A DNA stretch of 64,000 bases from the NCBI RefSeq assembly GCF_036321535.1, contig NC_087436.1:29390001-29454000 (forward strand), read 5' to 3'. This document shows, piece by piece, positions 38,131 to 50,384 of the stretch. Position 1 is the stretch's first letter, and the number at the start of each line of letters is the position of its first letter. The translations under genes were made by a program, and so were the position numbers. The DNA comes from Camelus dromedarius (lineage: Eukaryota). The notes beneath the pieces are model-generated. The model was given only the letters and a program-made list of their open reading frames with translations. It had not been told where the DNA came from and ran no database searches.

Positions 38131-40349
38131 TTAGAGAGAGACAGAGAGAATTAAAAAAACCATGGAGTAAATTCAGAACAGTCACAGGAAAAATGTACTA
38201 TACTTGTCTACTCTCTTAAAACTACTGCCTTATCAGATATCAAGAGACGATCTGAGGAAATGTGTTTCCATAAATAAGTCTGAGATTGCTGAGTGAGGAT
38301 GTATTGGATAAAAAGATAGATAACAAGGCTCACATAAAGCCCCTAATTCCCATCTGTTTTAGATTCTGTTTCTCCTGGAATGCAGGGTTTCAGTGCTGGC
38401 AAGGATGGGGTGTATCAGTCTGAAAGGCTTCAAATGACCTTAACCATCTAGAAAAGGAGTTCTGAGCTCAACCTTTGGATTGGGTAGAAATTTCTTCACT
38501 TTTTTTCCCCCTAGATTCTGCTGTTTCAAGGGCTCCTCTGCCAAAGCATTAGTGAAGATTCTTCTCTATATCTTGTGACCTGACCACTATTATTGTTGCA
38601 AATTTTCTCTACTTACATAGAGGAAAAGGGTTATAAATTACTATCTGCTAACTAGTCACCATCTTAAATCAGAAGAGAAAATTTTTCAGAAATGTTCCCT
38701 CTTTTCTAGATTTTCTGTCTCAACCATTACGTCTTGGAGAATAGCACTGTCACTAAATAACTATGCAAACAATCTCTTTTAATTTAAATAATTCAGGAAT
38801 GGCATGACCATCAACTAAAGTGGTATTCTAATATTGAGTTTTGCACATGTATATTCTATATGTTTAGGCTTTTAACAATTATTATTAGTCAAATTTCCAT
38901 TAAAGTTAGTGGCACATGTCATATGGCTAATGTTGCCAGATAAATGATCTATGAAAAACAAATTGTTCCCTGTCAGTTTTTTTTCTTAATTTTTAACTAA
39001 TTTGAAATTTCATATAATTTAGGTAAAGTATAGGATTGTTTCCTTTCCTTCTGTAGTATTATGAAAGCTTTCTAAGTAAATATATAATGTTATATAAAAT
39101 GATACAAATTTTAAAAATTTTCAGTATTAACTAGAATATCTTTTCAGAATTTAGGATGTACCTAGCTACCTGTAATTTATACACTAATTACTTGCAATGG
39201 TCATGTATATATGTATGTATCAAATAAGAACTGTACATTTCTTCCTGGTAACACTTTCTTATAATTCTTTATTTTCACGTAAAAACCTGGACTTTACTTC
39301 TCTTTACTAGGAAAAACTGGATATGCATAATAGCTGGATTTTCTTGATATCAAAGTATGTTCATTTTCCCTCAAACTGACCTCTGAATATTACAGGAAAT
39401 GATGAAAACAATGAAATCTGGAAATCATGCAAACTATGCATTAAAAATAGTAAATATATACTCTCTTTGTTCTGCCTTTATAAACAGTTACTTTTAACAT
39501 TCTCAAATCTCTACAAAAGAACTATTTTGGAAATGGTTATTTAGGATGTAAATTTCTTTGTAGTCTTACTCTTTAGAGCCTGAAAATAAAATGTTAAAGG
39601 CTGATATTTGTGTGCATGTGTTTATAAATACTTTTAATAATATGAAAACAATAGTGTGCTATAGAGGAAACACTTGTCAGTAGTAAACAATGAAAAGCTA
39701 TTCCTGAGATATTACAAAAGTGAATGAAAGTAATCAATGAATCGTTTAGACAAAGAATAAGGAAAATCTCCTAAGCAAAGATAATCAATCACCACAGAGC
39801 GTTGATGAAACCATTTCATTACCTGCAAACCACAAAAGTTTCCTTCCTATAAAAAATAAATCCTTTGGGAAGATTCTAATGATTAATTATACAAATAAAT
39901 TTTTGTTTTAGTAACAAGAGATGCAAATAACATTTCAAGTACAAAATAAAGTTAATTTTATCAGATTTGTATGCAGTTCTTTGCATTCAAATGCCATTAG
40001 GCGGTCTTGAAATTTAACAAGAATATTCTTGACAATATTCTCTTATTTGTGTGATGGTGTTTATATGCTAACACATTTTTCTATGCTATCAATGTATAGG
40101 GAATATCTTAAAACAGAAAGACAAATATAAACAAAGAACTAAACCAATAATTGTCTATTGTGTAATTAATTAGGAGATAAGATCACTCGTACATTTAATA
40201 GCATAAAAATGGCGTTTTGTAAGAGCTTAACTGACTAGAGTATGTAGATAATTAATATATGATGATAATTTTTTTCTTTACTCTAAATATAGAGATCCAT
40301 TACTGCCCGTCATTTAACAAATGTGTCCTCTTTAATCCAGCAAAAGGTA

Positions 40350-40620
40350 CATCATTCATTCAGAATTCCAATCATTTATCCATCGAAATGTTTATTGACT
40401 ATAAGCTGTCAGGCACTGGGGCTGCACTGGCAAGCACAAACATATTGATTGCCAATATGGAATTTATAGTGTAGTGGGACAGACCATCAGATGATCACAT
40501 TATAAATATTAAAACTACAACTCAGTAGAGTAACTAATAGTTAAGCTATGGAAAATAATTGTATGATGAAGAAGCTGGTGAGATTTGATCTCAGAAAGGA
40601 AGATTTAATAAGAATTAATC
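40350..40620 (-). mobile_element. L2 3' end fragment
   Basis: cattcattca...aaatgtttattgactataagctgtcaggcactggg...atggaatttatagtgtagtggga. Confidence 0.6.
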
Positions 40621-40705
40621 AAAAACCCCCAGATATATGTATCTATATATACACACAAACATACAGACGTAAGTATACACACACTCTCTTTATATAATGA
40701 AAACC

Positions 40706-40780
40706 ATTTAAGTTTCCATGTGCATTCAATTTATATTTAAATTTAATACAAATTGAATGTACATGGAATTTAAATTCCAT
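40706..40780. repeat. Overlapping AT-rich palindromes (about 70 bp imperfect plus 18 bp perfect)
   Basis: ttccatgtgcattcaatttatatttaaa|tttaatacaaattgaatgtacatggaa; atggaattt|aaattccat at 40763-40780. Confidence 0.9.
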
Positions 40781-40814
40781 ACATTTATGTGTATGAAAAT
40801 AAATCAAGTTATTT

Positions 40815-41400
40815 GCACAAATCCCTGTTTAGCTCCTGCCATTCTAGTCCAAAGTCAGTGGGTCTGAGACCCCTTTTGGTTGCTGCAGTGTCAGTTATCT
40901 GGAAAGTCTGGACATATACAGCAGACAAGAATAAGCTTGAAATAATTGGGCTTGTTGTGTCTATCTGTCACCTTCTTTGTCTAATTAATGACCTCCAAAT
41001 CTAGCATACATTTCTATTTTGGCCAACACTACTTGGGAAAAGACAGGCAGGGTGTTCTGTGAAATGTAGTTCCCAGTTTAACCAACAAGACATAGCACCA
41101 TCTATTCCTTGTCAACTTGGCATTTATACACATCTTTAAAACCTATTTCTCATCCACAATATTAAATATATATATTTGGCATTCTCAGACATCTAAATAT
41201 ATTTAACTTTGAAATAGACATCAGGAGAATAATACTTTCCCCTAATATGGTATAAATATCCCTCATACATCCAAACACATGTTAACCCTCCCTCCAATGA
41301 GGATGTATAACTTTCTCCATCTTTCCAGCTGAGTCACATTCCCCTTTGACATCCCCTAAATGAATTACTGAGAGACAAGGTTAGGCACTAATTAACACTG
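40815..41400 (-). mobile_element. ERVL 3' internal segment, polypurine tract and LTR41/LTR52-like LTR
   Basis: Minus strand reads ...ccaagttgacaaggaataga|tggtgctatgtcttgttggttaaactgggaactacatttcacagaa, i.e. ERVL internal end, PPT-like tract and LTR start at about 41100. Confidence 0.7.
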
Positions 41401-42521
41401 TGTTTGTGGAAAATAATTTGGTGTCTAGTAGGAAGCTAGAGCAATCCATAAGCTTTTACTCAAAAGAAAAACACCTGCAGAAAACAGAAGAGTTTTGCTC
41501 CAAATTCTAAAGGAACACACTGTCATTCACCTAAAGATGATTGTAAGACCTTCTCCTGAAACTGTGTTTTTTTCTGGTTCGTGTCTCTACAAAGATAGAA
41601 AATGCAGGTTAGTTTTTTTTTTTAATTGAAAACCCAGGTCCAATTAATATTTATTGGATCATGGGTTTCATGGCAAGCTAATTATGCCCTGAATGCTGTG
41701 CACTGAAAAATGTAAGTATGCTGTTCAAATTCTTTGCTCTTAAAATATAATAATAATAATAGATTTTATTTTTACTTTGAAATGTTTCATTATTTAGTAT
41801 ATTTACTAGTAGTAGTAGTTTAAATAATAATGGTGATCATGTACTGAGCACTTACTAAGGAATACTAATATTTTTTCCATTTTATACATAAAATATTTTT
41901 TTCTAAATTTGAATACATTTTCCAGGCAACTCAGAGCTGGTGGAGAGTTCCAGAACAATGCTTTTAATGTCTGCATGGAGAAGAGGAGAATGTGTCAGGC
42001 CCTGACAGCTACAACACCTTCTACGACCAGTTCAGCTTTTACTTCAGCTACAAAGCCAACATGCCACCCATCTGTGATTGGGTGAGGTTAGAAAAGCCCT
42101 CTCGGGCCCTTCTCCTGACTCCAGCAGCATTAAGAGGAAAACTGTCGTCCCTGATCCTTGATCATTTGCCCAGTGGTAATGGCACAGACTTCAATGTTTT
42201 TTTTGAAAATATTTTTTTCTCTTTGGATTAGAAAAATATGCAAATGGGGCTGTATTTTCCTACTTGCTCTATTTTAACCTAAGCTGTGAAAGATGATGTA
42301 TATTTTCCATTAAAAATGTCACGTCCTCAGAAAATTTAAATGAGGCAGTGAGTGGGTGATTTGTTTGAGGTAAGAGAGGTCTTAACCAAACTGACATTGT
42401 ACATTAGAATTTTGGCATGTGAAACATTCAGAAAAATTTGCAATTTTTCTATTTGTCACATTTCACTTGAGTTGGTGGTAGATACACTGACATGGTGGAA
42501 AGGGGGAAATTACATTTGATT

Positions 42522-42866
42522 TAAACGTGAAAGAAATGCACAAATTAACTTATTTACAAAACAGAAACAGACTCACAGACATAGAAAATGAACTTGTGGT
42601 TACCAGCAGGGAAAGGGGTTGAGAAGGGATAAACTGAGAATTCGAGAACTGCAGATACTAACTACTATATATAAAATAGGTATGTTTCTTCTGTATAACA
42701 CAGGGAACTATATTCAATATCTTGTAGTAACCTATAATGAAAAAGAATATGAAATGGAATATATGCATGTATATGTATAAATGAACCATTATGCTGTACA
42801 TCAGAAATTGACACAACATTGTAAACGGAATATACTTTAATAAATTAAAAAAATAAAATAAAATAA
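42522..42866 (+). mobile_element. 5'-truncated cetartiodactyl-type L1 3' end
   Basis: acttatttacaaaacagaaacagactcacagacatagaaaa...cacagggaactatattcaatatcttgta...(aaaat)n tail. Degenerate TSD aaattacatttgatt / aaattaatgtgatt. Confidence 0.9.
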
Positions 42867-45429
42867 AAATTAATGTGATTGAAGTAAGTCAGGACAATGA
42901 CTAAGTTACTCAACTTAGTACTTCCTGCTGTGGCCAAGCCACCTTTTCCGGAGAAGCTCTTTACTTCATGGTCAGTGCCTGTGCGCACGGCGTTTTTTGA
43001 AGCCCCTTCTGTGAGGGTTCTTCCCAGTGTGTGCCGTGTGGCCACTCTACTCACCGAGCTTCAATTTTCAGTTTCTGTTTTTCCACTTCCCATAATAAGT
43101 CTGGATAGGCTGAGTTAAAGTTTACTGCCAGAAAGATAAATATGATTTTAAAAAACCCCAATTACTGGCAATTTATTTTTCTACTTGATAGAAACTGAGC
43201 CTGCCTTATCATTTTCTAATTTATTAAGGCAACATTTATTCAAATACCTTAGAATGACTTTTGTAAGCACCTTCTCTTTTGGTAAATTGGAACCTGGGGT
43301 CTGAGTGATTCTACATTACATGAGTTGAAGTCATTTAATCTTTTACCCGATTCCACATGATTTACAGAAATATCTTTGGGTGTAACTATAGCAAATAAAA
43401 TAAATGAAGTTAACTTGCATTGATATTACATAACTATGAACTAGAAGCTGAGATAAATTTCTGCATCTAGTTACAGATATTTATGAACATTTTATTTACA
43501 CGAGAAAGACAGAACCACTATGTGTGCCTTTTGAATTTCCACATAATCTGATTTTCTTTGACAAAACATTATGCTATCTATGCATCTCATGTGAGCTCTA
43601 TGCTGATACAAAGCATCAGACGTTTGTTCCTTAAAGTCATTTAAAGGAGCAAGGGCATTTTATATGTTGAGCTTAAGTTCAATAATATATATGTTTACAC
43701 AAAACAAAAACTTCTTAGCTATAATAATACTCTTGTGATTGCAATTTAGGGAAAGATGACTTTCTTTTGCAGGAGTGTAAAACTTTTTAGCTAACTGCCT
43801 AATTTTCCTATTGAGCTGTATATTTTCATAATATGGCTCTGATGATTTAAGGAAATACAATAGACTGCTGAAAAATATAAGGTTAAACACCTTCAATGGT
43901 GATAATGCAATGGAAACAAAAATCCTATACTTTCTCTTATCATTAAAAACAAATTCTTTGAGGTGTGTAGTATAATAGAAAGAAGGAACATGCTTCAGAC
44001 AGAGTTCTCCACAACTCTTACTCAAAACTGCTATAAAAATTGAGCAGTTGATTTACAAACTCAATGTAATTTTGTGGTCAAAAGACATTCCTTTTCTAGT
44101 TCTTCTGGATTGGGATGAGAGAAATCCCCAGTGTCACACCATACAGGTTCTTATCAGGATCAGCTGCAAAACTGGCACACTGCCAAATGACAAATATCTC
44201 CCCAGAAAAGGTTGTATTTATTGTTATTTAAATTCAACTAAATACAAGCCTATAAATCCATGTTTAGTTTCACATGTGAATGTACATTGGCTTTTCAATT
44301 TACGCATTAGAATGACATGTCTAATAATTATCATTTAGCCAGGTGTGGAAATCTTCGACCTTTATACAAAAGGAGATTTAGATGTATTAATCCATATGTG
44401 CAATCTGTTAATTTACAGTGTCAAGGCAATAATTTTTCTTCTATTTCATAAGACTTTGTGAAATGAAATCTGCTACTAGAAATCCTTATCTTTAAAGTTA
44501 GATGGGTATTCCAAGTGTAGAATTCTGGTTTTATTTTTATTTTGCATAAATGCAACATCTGTTGCATCAAAAAGATCGGTTCCCACAGTGTTGTTTTAAG
44601 TAAATTATCTATTAAATATCATGAAGATATGCATTATTTAGCACGATAATCATAAATGAGATTTTTTTTTCTCTTTTAGTTAATTATGCTTAGGAAAGGA
44701 AACAATTTGTGGCACATTTGATGTCATCCAAACTCAGGTGTGGAATTTCATTAGCTGTGGGGTACATCTCATGTACTCATTTATCAAAGGCTGTCGAGTC
44801 AGAGACTGCAAATCACCCTAATTGGAAGTGTCCTTACTAATAATGGAATGCACTGATGAAACAGGTAAATAAACTTAGCTAAACAGAGTTTGGGGAAATA
44901 ATCCCACATGAAGACGATTTTAAGAAAATAATGTTATTCAAAATCAAGTCAAATTAGGGTAGGTTTTTAAAATAACTAATTAATTAATGATGACTTTAAT
45001 TTGTTCTAGGGTGGTAAATCCCTCATTACACACTCACCTGGTAAAGCATTTAGTTTGAAAATGCTGTTCAAAAAGAGCAGGTGTTCATTTATAAAGGCAT
45101 TCTTAGTACAGGATCTCATGATTGTCTGGATCTGCTCCTCTTTGTGTCCATTTCACTGGCAATTCCAGTGCAAAGTATTCTCTTCCAATGTCATATCCAA
45201 TGTTTTATTTGGTGTTTACAGCCTTCTGGCATCATTAAACCATGCACTCACTATACCCACTCCAGATCCTGGACATAGGGAAAAGAAAAACAAATATTCG
45301 TGGGATGCTGTATAAATTATACAATCAGTATTTGATTGAATGCTATATATAAAGTGCACTGATTACTGAATTGAAGCACACAAGAATATATTCTTCTAGT
45401 GTTACTTAGTAAGGAGTTTTCATTAGCCT

Positions 45430-46525
45430 ACTGTTGTTCAACATTTTTACAAAGGACTGATACTAAAACCAGAAAGTGGGTTCTCAAACTTGTGAGGGGA
45501 AGGAATAGCAAATACTTTGGATGACAAACTCTGAATCCAGCATAAGAGATGACTAGTTTTCCAACCAATGTCTACATTCCCTTTGTTCCTTTATAAAAAT
45601 ATACTTTTGGAGTGAAAATGAGAGCATTTATATTTCATCTTGCCAGAGGGCCAGCAATAGTATAAACATTTGGACAATTAGATTTTGGGGGAATACTTCA
45701 CAGAGAATGACATTAAAAGACGTGCTGACTCAGCTGGATTCAGCCTTCATATACTTGCCAATTTCTTAGTCCTACTTAGAACAGGGGTATGATCACTGTA
45801 GCTTCAGCAGTTATCTTGTTACAATAAGGCAAATTTGAGGATGGAGCCTCGAAAAGATGTTTAAGAAACTGTAGCAGCAAAAAGTAACCCAAACCTTGTG
45901 TAGCACTGAGGAGCTGTCACACCAGATCTTTGGATTTATCCATCTGTGAAAGAGAAAACATATCCATTATTTGTTTAAGACACTGTTCATCCTGCGTGTC
46001 TGTCCGTAGCTGAGCACAATTCCTAATATTAGTATGCAAAACATACTCATTTTATCCAGATTTAAAATACTAAACTTTACTTGTATAGCATTTTGTAGAT
46101 GCAGCTTAGAAAGAGAATGTTTCACACACACAAAACACAAATTGTTTTTGCTGTTAATAGGTAAATTTCTAGAATATTAAAAATATGAACAAAAAGTCTA
46201 ATACACTGTATCACTGATAGCCTGTAATCTAGAATTGATTAAGTTTGTTTTTTGGTCAACTTAAATATATGCTAAAATTGCAGATTTCAAAATTTGAATT
46301 TAGCTTCAAATTTGGCTTCAAAATTTGACAACATCATTTACAATAAATCTATGGGAAAAAGGACAACATGTGTTCAGAACAGAGCTAAAAAACTGTGAGG
46401 AAATTAAATATTTCATATGTAATGATCAATGAAAGACACCACAAATTTTCATTTTAAGAGTCTCAGAGGCCCATGTGAGCTATTTTCAAATATGACAAAG
46501 GTTATGAAATGGAAGAGGATTAACC
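45430..46525 (+). mobile_element. L3/CR1 LINE relic interrupted by a MaLR LTR
   Basis: gttcaacatttttac...ggaatagcaaatactttggatgacaaa (RT region) and agctattttcaaatatgacaaaggttatgaaatggaagaggatta resemble L3 consensus segments in the expected order. Confidence 0.55.
45545..46035 (+). mobile_element. Old MaLR LTR (MLT1K/L-like)
   Basis: gcttcagcagttatcttgttacaataagg...gaggagctgtcacaccag...tgtgaaagagaaaac...ttgtttaagacactg...gtagctgagcacaattcctaa. Confidence 0.6.
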
Positions 46526-46975
46526 ACCTTGCGGAAGGCTGAAAGAAGAAAATGATAACTGGAGATTAGAAAGGAGCTGGCTGTGACTTTGTAAAGGAAA
46601 GCTTCCATTTTTGGTGGGAAGGGAAGCATGTAAGGGGTAGTTACTAAATAATATGTTAAAATATACAATTTATATATGAGAATGCATTTATTTACTAAAC
46701 TAGAACTTACCAAACATATCCAAAGATCAAGTTACAGTTCAATTCACTGTTCTTTGTTGAACACACTCCAGTAACCATTACTCAATTTTAAGAAATGAAC
46801 AGTCGTGAACACAACAGATGCTCCCTTATGCCCCATATGATCATCGTCAAATTAATTAAAGAGCTCTATCAGAAGACTTAAAATAATAATAATTATTTAA
46901 TTGGGCATTTACTCACACCTCTATTAATGCAGCTGATTGCCAAAGGCTGGGGGGAAAGGTTGAATGGGGAGAGAA

Positions 46976-47083
46976 TGTGTGCATATATATACACATTTAT
47001 GTTTATATTGTAAATATGTTATATACATTTATGTATGTGTGTATATATTACATACATACACACATAAAGATTTAGAGAGAGAG
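46976..47083. repeat. Degenerate (TA)/(TG)/(CA)/(GA) low-complexity tract
   Basis: Directly visible. Confidence 0.8.
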
Positions 47084-48972
47084 AATGCAGCGAGATGCTA
47101 TCTGCAAATGTAGTTGATAATGTTAAACTTATAGAACTGAATAGAAAATTATAGAATAAATACTAGACAAAAGAGATTTTCTTATTTTAGTTTTCTGTGA
47201 TAGCAAATGCTAATGAATTGCTATTCAACCGGACACGTCACTAAAATGATTTAGAGACTTAAATAGATTTTATTTATTAGTCATTGGAATTCAGATATTT
47301 GTTTCAGGAGGGCCGCATCCTGTTTAATTTATTTTTTTTTAACTTATAACATCAGTGAAAGCTAGGTTAAATGCTAGTATAATATGGTATATTTCTCTTT
47401 AATGACTATGAATCAAAATTCAAGAACTAACGTTGACAGAATTGATATATTAAACTTAATTAAATCACTGATATTATGATCATTAGCGCGCTCTGGATTA
47501 CCGCCAGTAGCTCAGATGAAAGAAGAAAAAAAACAATTGTAAGCTTTAGCATTTGTCTTCATGTAACTTGATGGTAATACTATTTGTACTAAATTTGGTC
47601 AAGTTTCCTCTTAATACAGACATGGATTATACATATAAAGAACAAGACAAGGCAATCCAAAAGCACGTTAAAGTGCTAACTAAAAGTTGAGAAACTTAAA
47701 AATATTCCAAACAGTTGTTCAATATTTGCAAATTAATTTTGCTTATTACCCAAAGAGCCTCATCAAAGCAGAGAAGGGTAGAAAATGCTGGCAGGAAAAA
47801 AAATCAGAAACATAAGGATAATTAGGATTATTTTAAATACTTTCCTTAGATCTTCGCTGTGAAATAGATTGGTTTGTGGTAGAATAAATTAAAGGAGGAG
47901 AAATTACACTCACTTATGATAAAATGTAACTAAAATTCTTTTGGAATATTCATTCTCATCCATACAACATTTTCACAGAAGGAACACTCTGGTGTACACA
48001 ATAGGAGTAATTGCTCCAAGAATATTTTAATCATTGACTTATTTGAGAATAAATTATAATTTAAAACTTCTATTGCTTCTACTCACAAAAGCAAAATTAA
48101 GAGTGACAAAATTTTTGAGTAAATTTTGATTAACAGAAAACAAATTTTATTTTATAAATTGGCACATTGTAAGATCACAGAATGTTAACAGTTTATAATT
48201 TCTTAACCTAGTAGGTAGATAAACCAGTCTATTTGGAAATTGCTTTATAAGCCAAATCTCGCAAATAGATGAATTTCCAGCCTCACAGAAGTGGTTTCTA
48301 TAGGCTATAACAAAAATAGGCAAAATTCCTGGGGGAGAAAAATTTCAGTTACCCATCTTCAGGAGTTAGAAGGCAGACAAACTGGTCATTTGAAAGTAAT
48401 ACAGTTTTGCTTATTTTACCTTCACTAGAACCTGATACTGCTTTAGTTTTGGGCATTGTGCTATGTCTACAAGACTGAGTGATATTTTGAAATACTCTAT
48501 TATTAGATCTGGAAAAGGAAAACACAACTTTTTCAATGGATGAAAATTGTTTATAGGGAGTACTTAGAATGCAAGACAGTATTAACTTGCAAATCAAGAT
48601 TTACTCTGATGAGACAGGTTAGTCTTTTTTAAAAGCATTAGAGAACATAAAAGAATACTATGAAACTGATGTGGGTAAAGGGTATGTAGAATAGTAATAA
48701 TATTTGGGAGAAATAGAGTTATACCAAAAGAGAGCAGCAACAGAAAAGAGTGCAGACCCAAGAATGAGTATGATAATGACATGAAACCATGAGCATATTG
48801 GTAAACAAAGGAGGCAAAGAGGTAGTGAGAGGATTTAGTTCATGGATCTAGAGAATAAAGAAAAATACAAACAAGGAAGTTTGAGGTAAAGAAGTAAGAG
48901 ATTTATCCCAAATCATACTGAAGTTAAGATGTTTACCCCCTTAAACCTCACTGTATTTTACTTACTTTTCTT

Positions 48973-50133
48973 AGTATTTTTTTTAATTGGAGTACAGTCA
49001 GTTACAATGTATCAATATCTGATGGGCAGCATAATGTTTGAGTTATACATATACATACATGTATTTCTTTTCATATTCTTTTTTATTATGGGTTACTACA
49101 AGATATGAATATAGTTCCCTGTGCTATACAGAAGAAATTTTTTTTATATCTATTTCATATGTAATTGTTAGTATTTGCAAATCTCGAACTCCCAATTTAT
49201 CTCTTCCTACCCCTGTTCCCTGATGGTAACCATAAGTTTGTTTTCTATGTCTGAATCTGTTTCTGTTTTGTAGGTAAGTTCATTTATGCCTTTTTTATTT
49301 AGATTCCACATGTAAGTGATATCATATGGTATTTTCTTTTCTCTCTGGCTTATTTCACTTATAATGACGATCTCCAGATTTTTGTTTACTCAAACTCATG
49401 TTCCTGCAAATGGCATTATTTTAGTCTTTTTATGGCTGAGTAGTATTCTGTTGTATAAATATACCACAACTTCTTTATCCAGTCATCTGTTGATGGACAT
49501 TCAGGTTGTTTCTATGTCTTGACTATTGTAAATAGTGCTGCTATGAACACTGTGGTGATGTTATCTTTTCAAATTAAAGTTTCCTCTAGATATATGTTCA
49601 GGAGTGGGGCTGCTGGATCATATGGTAAGTCTACTTTTAGTTTTTTGAGGAATCTCTATACTGTTTTCCATAATGGCTGCACCAAACTACATTCCCAAGA
49701 AGAGTGTAGAAGGGTTCCCTTTTCTCCACACTCTCTCCAGCATTTACCATTTATGGACTTTTGAATGATGGCCATTCTGACTGGTGTGAGGTGATACCTC
49801 ACTGTAGTTTTGATTTGCATTTCTCTGATAATTAGCAATATTGAGCATTTTTTCATGGGCCTATTGGCCATTTGTATGTCTTCATTGGAGAATTGCTTGT
49901 TTAGGTCTTCCACCCATTTTTAGATTGGGTTTTTTTTTGCTATTAAGTCGTATGAGTTGTTTATATATTGTGGTAATTAAACCTTTGTCAGTCACATCAT
50001 TTGCAAATATTTTCTACCATTCCATAGGTTGTTGTTTTGTTTTTCTTCTGGGTTCCTTTGCTGTGCAAAAACTTAAAAGTTTAATTAGGTTTCACTGGTT
50101 TATATTTGCTTTTACATCCATTGACTGGGTAGA
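48973..50133 (-). mobile_element. 5'-truncated lineage-specific L1 (about 1.16 kb: ORF2 C-terminus plus 3' UTR)
   Basis: ORF 49656-49913 (-) [23 protein letters not shown]...[22 protein letters not shown]...WKTV is L1 ORF2p. Poly(T) near 48977. Possible TSD tacttttctt / tactttctt. Confidence 0.95.
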
Positions 50134-50384
50134 CTACTTTCTTTTTTAAAATCACAGTAAAATACAATATAAACAAAACTTGGCATTTTTTTCTATTGTG
50201 CTACTTATTTAGAAATTCAAAATATATAAAATAAGTATAAAATTTGAATACAAATACTTAAAGTTCTCAAGTGCTCAAAAAAGCCTCTAATTATGTAGAA
50301 TACACACAAGCACACTGATTTAAACATTTTGATTTTTCTGAAGTTTCTATAAATGTGCCATCGATCTTTTTCTTCATAGATACT

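Noticed and set aside
49316..50149. Cluster of + strand ORFs
   Set aside because: Antisense reading frames of an L1.
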